Below, piece after piece: positions 23,288 to 32,000 of a stretch of DNA of 32,000 nt. Position numbers and translations under genes: made by a program. The first letter of the stretch is position 1. Every line of letters begins with the position of its first letter. Source of the stretch: Chlamydiales bacterium (lineage in GTDB: Bacteria; Chlamydiota; Chlamydiia; Chlamydiales; SM23-39); NCBI GenBank assembly GCA_965261025.1, contig OZ253438.1, positions 180,001-212,000 on the forward strand. Direction: 5' to 3'. The notes under the pieces were generated by a model, which searched no databases, had not been told where the DNA came from, and worked only from the letters and a program-made list of their open reading frames with translations.

Positions 23288-24570
23288 ATAGGGATATCGG
23301 GTTCTTTAGAGTGCTTTTGTTTTTTTTCTTTAATGAAGAGATTGAGCACGATAGAGGTAAAAAGAAGAGAGGGAAAAACAGTCAAGGCTGTCTTATAATC
23401 TGAAGAGGAATAGTAAGAAATCGAGGTGATTTTATTCGCTGTTTGATTTAAATCAAGTAAAAGACCTACCAAGGGCTGGGCTAGAGCGCCTCCTAACATG
23501 GTCAAGAAATTAGTGAAAGCTATAGCAGTTCCTTTAGCTTCATGGGGGTTACTTTCTATAGCAATGCTATATTGTAGTAGCTGTCCTGAAGAGAAAAATC
23601 CTAGGAAGAAGAGCAGAAAAAATAAGAGAAGGGGAGGAAGACTATTTAAGTAGAGAATCGTGGAAAGAAATAAAAGGCTCATAACTAGAGAGAATAGAAG
23701 AAGGGGCTTTCTTTGGCTGAGTTTATCAGAATAAGTTCCGATTAAAGGACCTCCTACCATCCACCCTACAAAAATCATAGAGATAGCAAAACTGGCAAAA
23801 CTTTTTGAGACTCCATAGGCTTGTTGCAGGAAGGGGATTCCCCAAAGGCCTGCAAAAGCAACGGTTACACTGTAGAAACAAAGACTGGCAAAAGCATTGA
23901 TCCAGCTTTGTTTTGTTTTGATAACGAGCTTTAAATAGTGCATCAAAGAAGGGGTTTTATCTCTTTTTTCTTGTTCTTTTTTTGCTAAAGAAGAGGGATC
24001 GTTTCTTACAATGAAGAAGATAATAAAGCCCAAAATGATTCCCAGAATACCCAGCTGAATAGAAGCTGTTCTCCAGCCTAGTAGGTGAACAAAGAGATTT
24101 AAAGGGCCTTGACCTATGAAAGCACCAAACATTCCCAAAGAATTTCCAATACCGATAAGAAAGGCCATTTTTTCTTTAGAAAACCAGTGCGAGCTAATAT
24201 AGACCATACCAACAAATCCGAAAGCGGATCCCATACCCATGAAGAATCTTCCCCATCCAGCAATCCACTCATGAGGAGCTATGCCAAATAAAACACTTCC
24301 TATTCCAGCTAAAATGGCAGCAAAGGTAAGGAGTTTTCTTGCTCCAAAGTGATCTGTTAAAATTCCTACAGGGATTTGCATAGGAGCATAGATATAGAGG
24401 TAAATAGCGGCTAAAGTTCCTACCTCTGCTGCATTTAAATGAAAGGTATGAGTAAGCTCTTGGATCATAACGCTGGGAGCTACTCGAATAATAAATTCAT
24501 AGCAGTAAAAACCGACTGCTAAACTCCAAACAAGCCACTTTAAAAGCTGATTTTTCTTCACTCTACTCAT
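23284..24570 (-). CDS. MFS transporter (12 TM)
   Basis: It has twelve hydrophobic helices with a central basic loop (KKEQEKRDKT). GILTDHFGARKLL matches the MFS loop 2-3 motif (D..G.RK). The start is either ATG 24570 or the tracked TTG 24606. Confidence 0.8.
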   Translation of the reverse strand: MSRVKKNQLLKWLVWSLAVGFYCYEFIIRVAPSVMIQELTHTFHLNAAEVGTLAAIYLYIYAPMQIPVGILTDHFGARKLLTFAAILAGIGSVLFGIAPHEWIAGWGRFFMGMGSAFGFVGMVYISSHWFSKEKMAFLIGIGNSLGMFGAFIGQGPLNLFVHLLGWRTASIQLGILGIILGFIIFFIVRNDPSSLAKKEQEKRDKTPSLMHYLKLVIKTKQSWINAFASLCFYSVTVAFAGLWGIPFLQQAYGVSKSFASFAISMIFVGWMVGGPLIGTYSDKLSQRKPLLLFSLVMSLLFLSTILYLNSLPPLLLFFLLFFLGFFSSGQLLQYSIAIESNPHEAKGTAIAFTNFLTMLGGALAQPLVGLLLDLNQTANKITSISYYSSSDYKTALTVFPSLLFTSIVLNLFIKEKKQKHSKEPDIPI

Positions 24571-24671
24571 TTTTCCCAAACTAGAGGATAGTAGAGGAAA
24601 TAGCAAGTTTTTTTTCCAAGATGCTTGCCGAGATCTTTTAGGGTATATTATATTATGGGGGAAGTTGTGAT

Positions 24672-25766
24672 ATGGACCTTTTTAAAAACTTTTGGCTTTT
24701 TAAGGATTATGGATGGGCTGTTAGTGCTTTTGGGGTGATTTTTATTGCGCTTTTGGTTGCCTATTTTGAAAAAAGGATCTATCGAAAAATTCTTCCTATA
24801 GCAGAAAAATCTCCAAGATTTTGGGATGATGCTTTGATTAAAGCAATGCATAATCCTGTTGTCTTAGCTATTTGGGTTTTTGGAATAACTTTTGCAGCTC
24901 AACTAGGGGTAAGATATGCAGTAGAGAACTCCATTTTAGGAGAAATTCTAGCTCCTCTTAGAAAGCTAGCAACCAGTGTCATTATCGTTTGGTTTTTGAT
25001 TCGCTTTATCCGAGAAATAGAAGCCAATATCACAAGGTCTCACTTAAAAAAAACTAAATGGGATGAAACCACTTTAAGGGCTGTCAGCCAAATTTTTCGA
25101 GTTTCTATTTTTATTACAGCAGCATTAGTGCTTTCTCAAAGCTTAGGAATTCCCATAACAGGGGTTTTAGCTTTGGGTGGCTTTGGTGGTATTGCTATTG
25201 GTTTTGCAGCTAAAGACCTTCTTGCAAACTTCTTTGGTGGACTTATGATCTTTTTAGATCGTCCTTTCAAAATAGGGGATTGGATTCGCTCTCCAGATAA
25301 AGAAATAGAGGGTATGGTAGAAAATATTGGACTGCGATTGACTAGGATCCGCACCTTTGACAAAAGGCCTTTATTTGTTCCCAATTCTTTATTTTCGAGT
25401 ATCTCTATTGAAAATCCCTCTCGTATGATGAATCGAAGAATTAAAGAAACCATAGGGTTGCGTTACGAAGACGGTCCTAAGATGGAAGTTATCTTGAAGG
25501 ATATTGAGAAAATGCTGAAAAACCATCCTGAAATAGATCCATATAAGGTCTGTTTTGTGGCCTTGGTACATTTTGGCCATTCTGCCTTGGAATTTATGGT
25601 TTATGCTTTTACCAAAACTACCGATTGGGTGTCGTTTCAGATGATACAGCAGGATGTTTTTTTAAAAATCTTACAGATCATTGAAAAGCACAAGGCCAGC
25701 TGTGCCTTTCCCACTACTACTCTACATATTCCAGAGGGTATAGAGCTGAAGAGCACCCAGGCTTAA
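24672..25766 (+). CDS. small-conductance mechanosensitive channel (MscS family)
   Basis: GGFGGIAIGFAAKDLLANFFGGLMIFLDRPFKIGDWI is the MscS pore-helix/beta-domain signature, preceded by TM helices. Confidence 0.9.
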   Translation: MDLFKNFWLFKDYGWAVSAFGVIFIALLVAYFEKRIYRKILPIAEKSPRFWDDALIKAMHNPVVLAIWVFGITFAAQLGVRYAVENSILGEILAPLRKLATSVIIVWFLIRFIREIEANITRSHLKKTKWDETTLRAVSQIFRVSIFITAALVLSQSLGIPITGVLALGGFGGIAIGFAAKDLLANFFGGLMIFLDRPFKIGDWIRSPDKEIEGMVENIGLRLTRIRTFDKRPLFVPNSLFSSISIENPSRMMNRRIKETIGLRYEDGPKMEVILKDIEKMLKNHPEIDPYKVCFVALVHFGHSALEFMVYAFTKTTDWVSFQMIQQDVFLKILQIIEKHKASCAFPTTTLHIPEGIELKSTQA

Positions 25767-25782
25767 AATTTTTTAGAATTAG

Positions 25783-26220
25783 CTAGTTTTTACTTTGGTC
25801 TTTTTCTAACACGGCTACTGTCAAACGACTTATGGCAGTTGGTTTTTTTGTCTGTTCTGAATAGATCTCTATATGCCAAACCTGGGTTTTTTTCCCCAAG
25901 TGTATAGGAGAGGTTTTTCCTATCACCGAGCCTGAAGAAATGGGGCGAATGTGATTGATATTTAGCTCTAAGCCTACACAGGAAAAAGATTCTTCTGTGC
26001 AGTAATAAGCTGCAATGCTACCTAGAGTTTCTGCTAAAACAGCATTTGCTCCTCCGTGGAGAAGACCAAAGGGTTGTCTAGTTTTTTCTGAAAAAGGCAT
26101 TTTAGCAAAGAGGGCCTTTTCTTCTATTTTGATAAATTCTATACCCAAAAAATCAGATAAAGAATGTTTGTGTCTTTGCTGTAGAAGGGAAAGAGTAATT
26201 TCTTGTTTCCAAATAGGCAT
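25783..26220 (-). CDS. PaaI/YbdB-type hotdog-fold acyl-CoA thioesterase
   Basis: FGLLHGGANAVLAETLGS is the PaaI-family motif. I prefer ATG 26220 with the TAGAGG SD; the tracked start is TTG 26283. Confidence 0.8.
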   Translation of the reverse strand: MPIWKQEITLSLLQQRHKHSLSDFLGIEFIKIEEKALFAKMPFSEKTRQPFGLLHGGANAVLAETLGSIAAYYCTEESFSCVGLELNINHIRPISSGSVIGKTSPIHLGKKTQVWHIEIYSEQTKKPTAISRLTVAVLEKDQSKN

Positions 26221-26333
26221 AAAAACCTCTAACTTACTGAAAGAGGAAGAAATGGTAGCACAATTTTTTTTTAAGGTAGACAAACTAGAAAGTTTTTTTG
26301 TAGAAGAGAAAGAAAAATCTTGAGGAAGAACAA

Positions 26334-27194
26334 ATGAGAAAAGTTTTTCGAGGAATTTTACTCACAGGCCTTCTTCTTGCTTTTTTGATTTTTTCTTTTG
26401 TCTACATAAAAACTCACAATATAGTTGTTTTAAATCCCAAAGGAATTATTGGCATAAAAGAAAAAGAGTTATTGATCATAGCCACTCTTTTAATGCTTTT
26501 AGTTGTAGTTCCTGTTTTTATCTTTACCCTTATTTTTCCCCTGCATTATAGAGCTGGAAAAGGGAAAGGAAAATATGATCCTGAGTGGGGCCATAGTAGC
26601 TTAGCAGAAGCGCTATGGTGGGGGGTTCCTTTTTTTATCGTTACCCTTTTAGCTATTATTACTTGGACCAGTACCCATGAGTTAAATCCCTTTTCTCCCA
26701 TTAGGAATGGAAAGAAGCCTTTGGTAATTCAAGCTGTTGCTTTGGAATGGAAATGGCTTTTTATTTATCCAGAACAAAGGATTGCCACAGTAAATTTTAT
26801 CCAATTTCCTGAGAATGTTCCTCTTGATTTTGAAATTACCGCAGATGCTCCAATGAACTCTTTTTGGATACCGCAACTGGGGGGGCAGATTTATGCTATG
26901 CCTGCCATGAGAACTAAGCTACATTTGATCGCAAATGAAAAAGGCTCTTATAGAGGTTGCTCTTCTAACATTAGTGGAAAGGGTTTTGCGGGAATGGTGT
27001 TTACAGCAAAAGCGACTACGCAAGAAGAATTTGAAGCATGGATTTCCTCGGTAAAAAACGCTTCTTTAAGTTTAGACGCTGCTACTTATGAAAAGCTTGC
27101 TAAGCCCAGTGAGTACAACCCGATGCAGGAGTACATTTTGGAAAAAGCAGATCTTTTTGACTCTATTATTATGAAATATAGGAAACCCCTTTAA
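26334..27194 (+). CDS. cyoA: heme-copper quinol oxidase subunit II (cytochrome o/bo3-type)
   Basis: ALEWKWLFIYPEQRIATVN...MNSFWIPQLGGQIYAMPAMRTKLHLIANEKGSYRG is close to E. coli CyoA as I recall it. The Cu_A site is incomplete (GCSSNISGKGFAGM lacks the second Cys and the His), as expected for a quinol oxidase. Confidence 0.9.
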   Translation: MRKVFRGILLTGLLLAFLIFSFVYIKTHNIVVLNPKGIIGIKEKELLIIATLLMLLVVVPVFIFTLIFPLHYRAGKGKGKYDPEWGHSSLAEALWWGVPFFIVTLLAIITWTSTHELNPFSPIRNGKKPLVIQAVALEWKWLFIYPEQRIATVNFIQFPENVPLDFEITADAPMNSFWIPQLGGQIYAMPAMRTKLHLIANEKGSYRGCSSNISGKGFAGMVFTAKATTQEEFEAWISSVKNASLSLDAATYEKLAKPSEYNPMQEYILEKADLFDSIIMKYRKPL

Positions 27195-27204
27195 AGGCTT
27201 TTTT

Positions 27205-29154
27205 ATGCTGGGAAAACTGACTATAGAAGCATTAAAACATGATGGGATTGAGTATTTAGCAGGACTTTCCATGATTTTAGGAGGGGTCTTTGTCTTTTTT
27301 TTGCTCACTTATTATCAAAAGTGGAGATGGCTTTGGAAGGAGTGGATTACTACGGTAGATCATAAAAAAATAGGCATCATGTATTTGGTAGTCTCTTTTA
27401 TTATGCTTTCTAAAGGTCTTATAGATGCTTTCATGATGAGAGCGCAGCAAGCCCTTGCAGTAGGAGATTCTCTTGGCTATTTGACAGCAAGTCATTTTCA
27501 GCAAATTTTTACAGCTCATGGGGTTACCATGATTTTTTTCGTGGGGATGGGAGTGGTCTTTGGAATTATTAACTTAGTTTTGCCTTTACAGATAGGAGCT
27601 AGAGATGTTGCCTTTCCTTTTTTGAATTCTTTGAGTTTTTGGCTTTTTTCTTCTGGAGCCCTTTTTATTTTAGTTTCTTTAATGGTAGGTGTTTTTGCAG
27701 GAACCGGGTGGACGGCTTACCCTCCTTTATCTTCTTTGAAGTACAGTCCCGGAGTAGGGGTCGATTATTGGCTCTGGAGTGTGCAAATTTCAGGGGTAGG
27801 AACGCTTCTTTCAGGGATTAATTTTTTGGTTACGATTTTGAAGATGCGTTGTCCTGGAATGAGCTTTATGAAAATGCCTATATTTGTTTGGAGTGTTTTA
27901 GCAACGGTGATTTTAGTTCTCTTTGCTTTTCCTATTTTGACAGCCACAGGAGCCATGCTTACTTCGGATAGACTCTTTCATACACAAATTTTCAATCCTG
28001 AAAAGGGGGGCAATCCCATGATGTATATCAACCTTATATGGGCTTGGGGACATCCTGAAGTATATATTTTAGTACTTCCTGCTTTTGGGATATTTTCCGA
28101 GATAGTACCTGTTTTTTCTCGAAAAAAACTCTTCGGCTATACCTCCATGGTTTGGGCTATTTTTGCTATTACGTTCCTCTCTTTTATCGTTTGGCTTCAC
28201 CACTTTTTTACCATGGGAGCAGGACCCAATGTAAATGCTTTTTTTGGGATTATGACCATGGTAATAGCTGTTCCAACAGGGGTAAAAGTATTTAATTGGC
28301 TTTTTACTTTGTTTCGAGGAAAAGTAGAATGCAAAACTCCCATGCTTTGGTTTTTTGCCTTTATCATTACTTTCACCATAGGAGGAATGGCCGGAGTTTT
28401 AATGGCTATTCCAGGAGTCGATTTTCAGGCTCATAATAGCTTATTTTTAGTAGCGCATTTTCATTCGGTAATTATTGGGGGGGTGCTTTTTGGTTTTTTT
28501 GCTGGATATACTTATTGGTTTCCTAAGTTTTTTGGTTTTTGTTTAGAGGAAAAAACAGGAAGACAAGCTTTCTGGTGCTGGCTTATAGGTTTCTTAGTTG
28601 CTTTTTTGCCTCTTTACCTATTGGGTTTTATGGGCGCTACGAGAAGGCTCAATCACTACGAAGCAGAAACGGGATGGCAGCCTCTTTTTATACTAGCCTC
28701 AATCGGGGCTATTTTTATTTTTTTTGGTTTTCTGCTCCAGATAAAGCAGTTATGGGTCTCTATTAAATATAGAGAGAAAAACAGAGATACTACAGGAGAC
28801 CCCTGGGGAGGAAGAACTCTAGAGTGGGCCTGCTCTTCTCCTCCTCCTTTTTATAATTTTGCTAAAACTGCTGAAGTACGTAGTAAAGACCCCTTTTGGG
28901 AGGCAAAAAAGCAGAAAATCTCCCTTTTTCCTGGTAAATATGAAACAATTCATATGCCTAAAAACACAGCGACAGGTTTTTATGTAGGGGTAGGGAGTTT
29001 TATTTTTGGTTTTTCTATGGTATGGCACATTTTTTGGTTAGGACTGCTCAGCCTGGGTTTTCTTTTAGGCTCAATCATTTTGAGATTATATAAGAAAGAA
29101 GTGGAATACGCCATTTCTAAAGAAGAAATAGAGCATTTAGATAAAGGATCTTAA
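27205..29154 (+). CDS. cyoB: heme-copper quinol oxidase subunit I
   Basis: WAWGHPEVYILVLPAFG (Cu_B His / cross-linked Tyr), WLHHFFTMG (Cu_B His pair) and HNSLFLVAHFHSVIIGG (heme ligands) are all present. Confidence 0.95.
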   Translation: MLGKLTIEALKHDGIEYLAGLSMILGGVFVFFLLTYYQKWRWLWKEWITTVDHKKIGIMYLVVSFIMLSKGLIDAFMMRAQQALAVGDSLGYLTASHFQQIFTAHGVTMIFFVGMGVVFGIINLVLPLQIGARDVAFPFLNSLSFWLFSSGALFILVSLMVGVFAGTGWTAYPPLSSLKYSPGVGVDYWLWSVQISGVGTLLSGINFLVTILKMRCPGMSFMKMPIFVWSVLATVILVLFAFPILTATGAMLTSDRLFHTQIFNPEKGGNPMMYINLIWAWGHPEVYILVLPAFGIFSEIVPVFSRKKLFGYTSMVWAIFAITFLSFIVWLHHFFTMGAGPNVNAFFGIMTMVIAVPTGVKVFNWLFTLFRGKVECKTPMLWFFAFIITFTIGGMAGVLMAIPGVDFQAHNSLFLVAHFHSVIIGGVLFGFFAGYTYWFPKFFGFCLEEKTGRQAFWCWLIGFLVAFLPLYLLGFMGATRRLNHYEAETGWQPLFILASIGAIFIFFGFLLQIKQLWVSIKYREKNRDTTGDPWGGRTLEWACSSPPPFYNFAKTAEVRSKDPFWEAKKQKISLFPGKYETIHMPKNTATGFYVGVGSFIFGFSMVWHIFWLGLLSLGFLLGSIILRLYKKEVEYAISKEEIEHLDKGS

Positions 29155-29748
29155 ATGGAGGAAGTTAACACAAAGGCTTACCCTGATGTACACCAGGATA
29201 GCTATTCGAAGACGATTTTTGGATTTTGGCTGTATCTATTTAGCGATTTTATTATGTTTGCCTCTTTGTTTGCTGTTTATGCTGTTTTAAGAACATCGCA
29301 TGGATCTGAGAGTTTACAAAAACATCTAATGAGCCTTCCCTTTTCCTTTTTTCAAGCGGTTACTCTTTTTCTAGCTAGTTTTTCCTCAGGGATAGCAGGG
29401 GTTTTTACTCACAAAAGGAAAAAAAATCCCCTGATTCTTTGGTGGGCCATTACTTTTTTTTTCGGAGCTTTATTTTTTGTTTTACAGATGAAAGAATTTT
29501 CCTATTTAGTCCAAGGGGGAAATACTTGGGCAAAAAATGCTTTTTTTTCGATCTATTTTACCATTGTAGCAACGCATATGCTTCATGTATTTTTTGCTCT
29601 TGTTTGGATTGTAGTTCTTTTAATTCCTCTGCGAAAGAGTTTAATTCATTTAGTGGAGGTAAAAAGGTTTATTTGTCTGAAAATGTTTTGGCAATTTTTA
29701 AATGTAGTATGGGTTTTTATCTTTACCATAATTTACCTCATGAAATAA
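29155..29748 (+). CDS. cyoC: heme-copper quinol oxidase subunit III
   Basis: It is a five-helix protein starting directly after the cyoB stop. FGFWLYLFSDFIMFASLFAVYAVL and FFSIYFTIVATHMLHV match the subunit III pattern. Confidence 0.9.
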   Translation: MEEVNTKAYPDVHQDSYSKTIFGFWLYLFSDFIMFASLFAVYAVLRTSHGSESLQKHLMSLPFSFFQAVTLFLASFSSGIAGVFTHKRKKNPLILWWAITFFFGALFFVLQMKEFSYLVQGGNTWAKNAFFSIYFTIVATHMLHVFFALVWIVVLLIPLRKSLIHLVEVKRFICLKMFWQFLNVVWVFIFTIIYLMK

Positions 29749-29763
29749 GGGAGTTTTGCGTAA

Positions 29764-30084
29764 GTGGATCTTGAACACAAATGGAATCTTAGTTTGAAGC
29801 CCCTTTTAGGAGGGGGAATCGTTTCTTTTTCTCTACTTTGTTTCTCCTACTTCTTTGGAATAAATGCGCTATTTTTGCAGGACACTCTCCGGTGGATTTT
29901 AATGGGGCTAGCTTTATTTCAAGCGGTAGTACAACTTATTTTTTTTCTTCACTTAGGAATTGAGTCAAGGCCTAGGTGGAATTTGATGATCTTTTTCTTT
30001 ATGGTAGTAGTGATTTTCCTGGTAATTGGAGGCTCCCTCTGGATCATGCATAATCTGAGTTACAATGTAATGATAACCGATTAA
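29764..30084 (+). CDS. cyoD: heme-copper quinol oxidase subunit IV
   Basis: It is a three-helix ~106-aa protein. ALFQAVVQLIFFLHL...GGSLWIMHNLSYNVM aligns with E. coli CyoD (AVVQVLVHLVCFLHM...GSIWIMWNLNYNMM). The start is GTG. Confidence 0.8.
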   Translation: MDLEHKWNLSLKPLLGGGIVSFSLLCFSYFFGINALFLQDTLRWILMGLALFQAVVQLIFFLHLGIESRPRWNLMIFFFMVVVIFLVIGGSLWIMHNLSYNVMITD

Positions 30085-30091
30085 GAGAGAT

Positions 30092-32000
30092 ATGACTTTT
30101 TTTGCAGAGATAGAAAAAGGGGTAAAAAAACTAGCCTCTCTTTTTCATGATAATCCTCATTCTTTTTTAGGGCTTCAAGAGGAGGGAAATAGAAAAAAAA
30201 TTCATCTTTGGATTCCTGGAGAAAAGCAAGCTTGGATAGAAGTAAAAGGAAAACAAGAGGCTCTTTCTCTAGTCCATAAAGCAGGGTTGTTCTCGTATGA
30301 GTTAAAAGAAGATTTAGGGGCTTTTCATTATCAAATTATCTATCCGAATGGATTAAAGACTTTTGACCCGTACAATTTTCCTCCCTTTTTTGAAGAGAGA
30401 GAGCAAAAGCTTTTCCTGGAGGAAAGTCACCCTTTTTTATATGAGAAGATGGGAGCTTCGATCTTAGAAAAAAATGGGATAGAGGGAACTCTTTTTTCGG
30501 TTTGGGCGCCTCGGGCGTTGGGGGTATCTGTGGTAGGGGATTTTAACAACTACAACAGTAGACTACACCCTATGAGAAGGCTTTCTCCTTCAGGAATTTT
30601 TGAACTTTTTATTCCCAACGTAGGCGAAGGAGCTTTGTATCAGTTTGAAATTCATAGCTGTAAAGGAGTAACGGTTCGTAAAAATGATCCTTTTGCTTTT
30701 TTTCAGAAGAAACGCCCTCTTTTGACTCCTGTTGTCTATAAACATCAGTTTTTATGGAAAGACCAGCTTTGGATGCAGAGAAGAAAACAAAAAAAGTATC
30801 AAAAAGAACCTATAAATATCTATGAAGTTCACTTAGGATCCTGGGCGCAACAAGAGGGATTTTTAAATTATCGAGATTTGGCTAAGAAGTTATCTGAGTA
30901 TGTGAAAGAGATGCACTTCAATTATGTGGAGCTGCTTCCTATTATGGAACATCCCTTAGACGAATCTTGGGGATATCAAATTGTGGGATTTTTTGCTCCC
31001 ACCTCTAGATTTGGTTCTCCTGAGGATTTTCAGTATTTTGTAAATTACCTCCATGAAAGAGATATCGGGGTAATTCTAGATTGGTCTCCAGCTCATTTTC
31101 CCTCTGATAGTTTTGCCTTGGCAAACTTTGATGGTTCCCCCCTTTTTGAATACGAAGATATCCAAAAAAGAAAGCAACCCAAGTGGGACACCTTAGTATT
31201 TGACTATCAGAAAAAACAGGTACAAAATTTTTTGATTTCTAGCGTTTTATTTTGGTGTGAGAAGATGCATATAGACGGAATACGGGTAGATGCGGTTTCT
31301 TCGATGCTTTTTTTAGACTTTTATAAAAAGCCAGGAGAATGGTCTCCAAACATTCATGGAGAAAAGTACAATCTGGAGGCAAAAGCTTTTTTGCAAAAAC
31401 TCAACAAGATTGTAAAGGAAAAAATGCCCGATGTTTTGATGATAGCAGAAGAGGGAACTTCTTTTTGTGGAGTAACCACTCCCTTAGAAGAAGGAGGACT
31501 TGGTTTTGCCTTGAAATGGAACTTGGGATGGACCTTTGACACGCTCCTTTATTTTTCCAAGCCCTTACAGAAAAGAAAGAATTTTCAAGAAAAACTTCTT
31601 TTCAAAATGGTATATGACTACAACGAAAAGTTTTTATCTGTTTTATCTCATGATGAAGTGGCTTTAGGGTGTAAAAGCCTCTGGGATAAAATGCCTGGAG
31701 AAGAGATAGAAAAAGTAGCAAATATTCTTCTTTTATACAGCTACTTTATCTGCAGTACAGGTAAAAAACTGAGCTTTATGGGAATAGAATTTGCGTATAG
31801 AAAAGAGTGGGATGCTTGCCAGGGTCTTCTTTGGGACCTTTTGGAGAAAGAGCCTCACAAGAGAGTGCAAGAAACTTGTAAAGCGTTAAACTCTTTTTAT
31901 CAAAAAAATAGCGCCCTCTGGGAAAAGGACTTTGAGAGAGAAGGTTTTGAATGGGTCTTTCAAGGAAAAGAGCCTGAGGAAGTAATTGCTTATATTCGAA
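30092..32000 (+). CDS. glgB: 1,4-alpha-glucan (glycogen) branching enzyme, 3'-truncated by window edge
   Basis: This ORF is not in the ORF track because it has no stop within the window. My frame-2 translation from ATG 30092 gives FSVWAPRALGVSVVGDFNNYN, YVELLPIMEHPLDESWGYQ, DWSPAHFPSD, HIDGIRVDAVSSMLF, MIAEEGTSF and LSHDEVALG, which are GH13 regions I-IV of GlgB. Confidence 0.9.
   Translation, partial: MTFFAEIEKGVKKLASLFHDNPHSFLGLQEEGNRKKIHLWIPGEKQAWIEVKGKQEALSLVHKAGLFSYELKEDLGAFHYQIIYPNGLKTFDPYNFPPFFEEREQKLFLEESHPFLYEKMGASILEKNGIEGTLFSVWAPRALGVSVVGDFNNYNSRLHPMRRLSPSGIFELFIPNVGEGALYQFEIHSCKGVTVRKNDPFAFFQKKRPLLTPVVYKHQFLWKDQLWMQRRKQKKYQKEPINIYEVHLGSWAQQEGFLNYRDLAKKLSEYVKEMHFNYVELLPIMEHPLDESWGYQIVGFFAPTSRFGSPEDFQYFVNYLHERDIGVILDWSPAHFPSDSFALANFDGSPLFEYEDIQKRKQPKWDTLVFDYQKKQVQNFLISSVLFWCEKMHIDGIRVDAVSSMLFLDFYKKPGEWSPNIHGEKYNLEAKAFLQKLNKIVKEKMPDVLMIAEEGTSFCGVTTPLEEGGLGFALKWNLGWTFDTLLYFSKPLQKRKNFQEKLLFKMVYDYNEKFLSVLSHDEVALGCKSLWDKMPGEEIEKVANILLLYSYFICSTGKKLSFMGIEFAYRKEWDACQGLLWDLLEKEPHKRVQETCKALNSFYQKNSALWEKDFEREGFEWVFQGKEPEEVIAYIR

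Noticed and set aside
24625-24654. Sigma-70/66-like promoter TTGCCG-N18-TATATT upstream of the MscS gene
   Set aside because: Several overlapping TATA-like hexamers make the spacing ambiguous. The implied transcript start would fall on the ribosome-binding site. This cannot be supported without TSS data.
31339-31542. Two short ORFs (31339-31539 +, 31354-31542 -) listed where the track shows no long ORF
   Set aside because: Both are nested within the glgB reading frame (frame 2, open from 30092 to the window end). That frame is missing from the track only because it has no stop codon in the window.
1-32000. Search for tRNA/rRNA/tmRNA, CRISPR arrays, IS elements, integrases, toxin-antitoxin pairs or known defence-system genes
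   Set aside because: No intergenic gap exceeds ~155 bp. None shows cloverleaf-like or repeat-spacer structure. No ORF has transposase, recombinase, nuclease or ATPase-defence hallmarks that I could recognise.

Overview
This is a gene-dense, AT-rich bacterial chromosomal window with about 30 CDS and very short intergenic gaps. I see no rRNA, tRNA, CRISPR array, transposase/integrase or prophage signal. All protein calls come from reading the translations and recalling family motifs; no searches were run. The plant/chlamydial-type FabI ([27 protein letters not shown]...) and the overall gene content suggest an environmental (amoeba-associated type) member of the Chlamydiae. That assignment is inference. 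Left to right, the window holds: a 5'-truncated PLP-dependent dehydratase-family gene, a membrane-anchored kinase-like orphan, a YihY/BrkB membrane protein, a hexose block (manA, ROK glucokinase, Cof-type HAD phosphatase), fabI, and an orphan parA. Next come three predicted beta-barrel outer-membrane proteins interleaved with a lipase-like hydrolase, a MauE-like membrane protein and an SDR epimerase. A same-strand envelope locus follows (106-aa helical protein, O-antigen-ligase-family protein, OprB-type porin, secreted COG4188/PAF-acetylhydrolase-like hydrolase, LicD-family transferase). After that are a 283-aa coiled-coil ORF and a 1368-aa orphan ORF, a small GGQ (RF-1 domain) protein, an MFS transporter, an MscS channel, a hotdog thioesterase, cyoABCD (heme-copper quinol oxidase) and a 3'-truncated glgB. 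The best candidates for something undescribed are: (1) the 17.6-22.5 kb coiled-coil/giant-orphan pair, which is a single reading frame broken by one TAA; (2) the translationally coupled helical-protein / Wzy_C-ligase / OprB-porin trio with the adjacent hydrolase and LicD genes; (3) the membrane-anchored protein-kinase-like orphan at 0.9-1.8 kb. None of these can be assigned a function from sequence alone.
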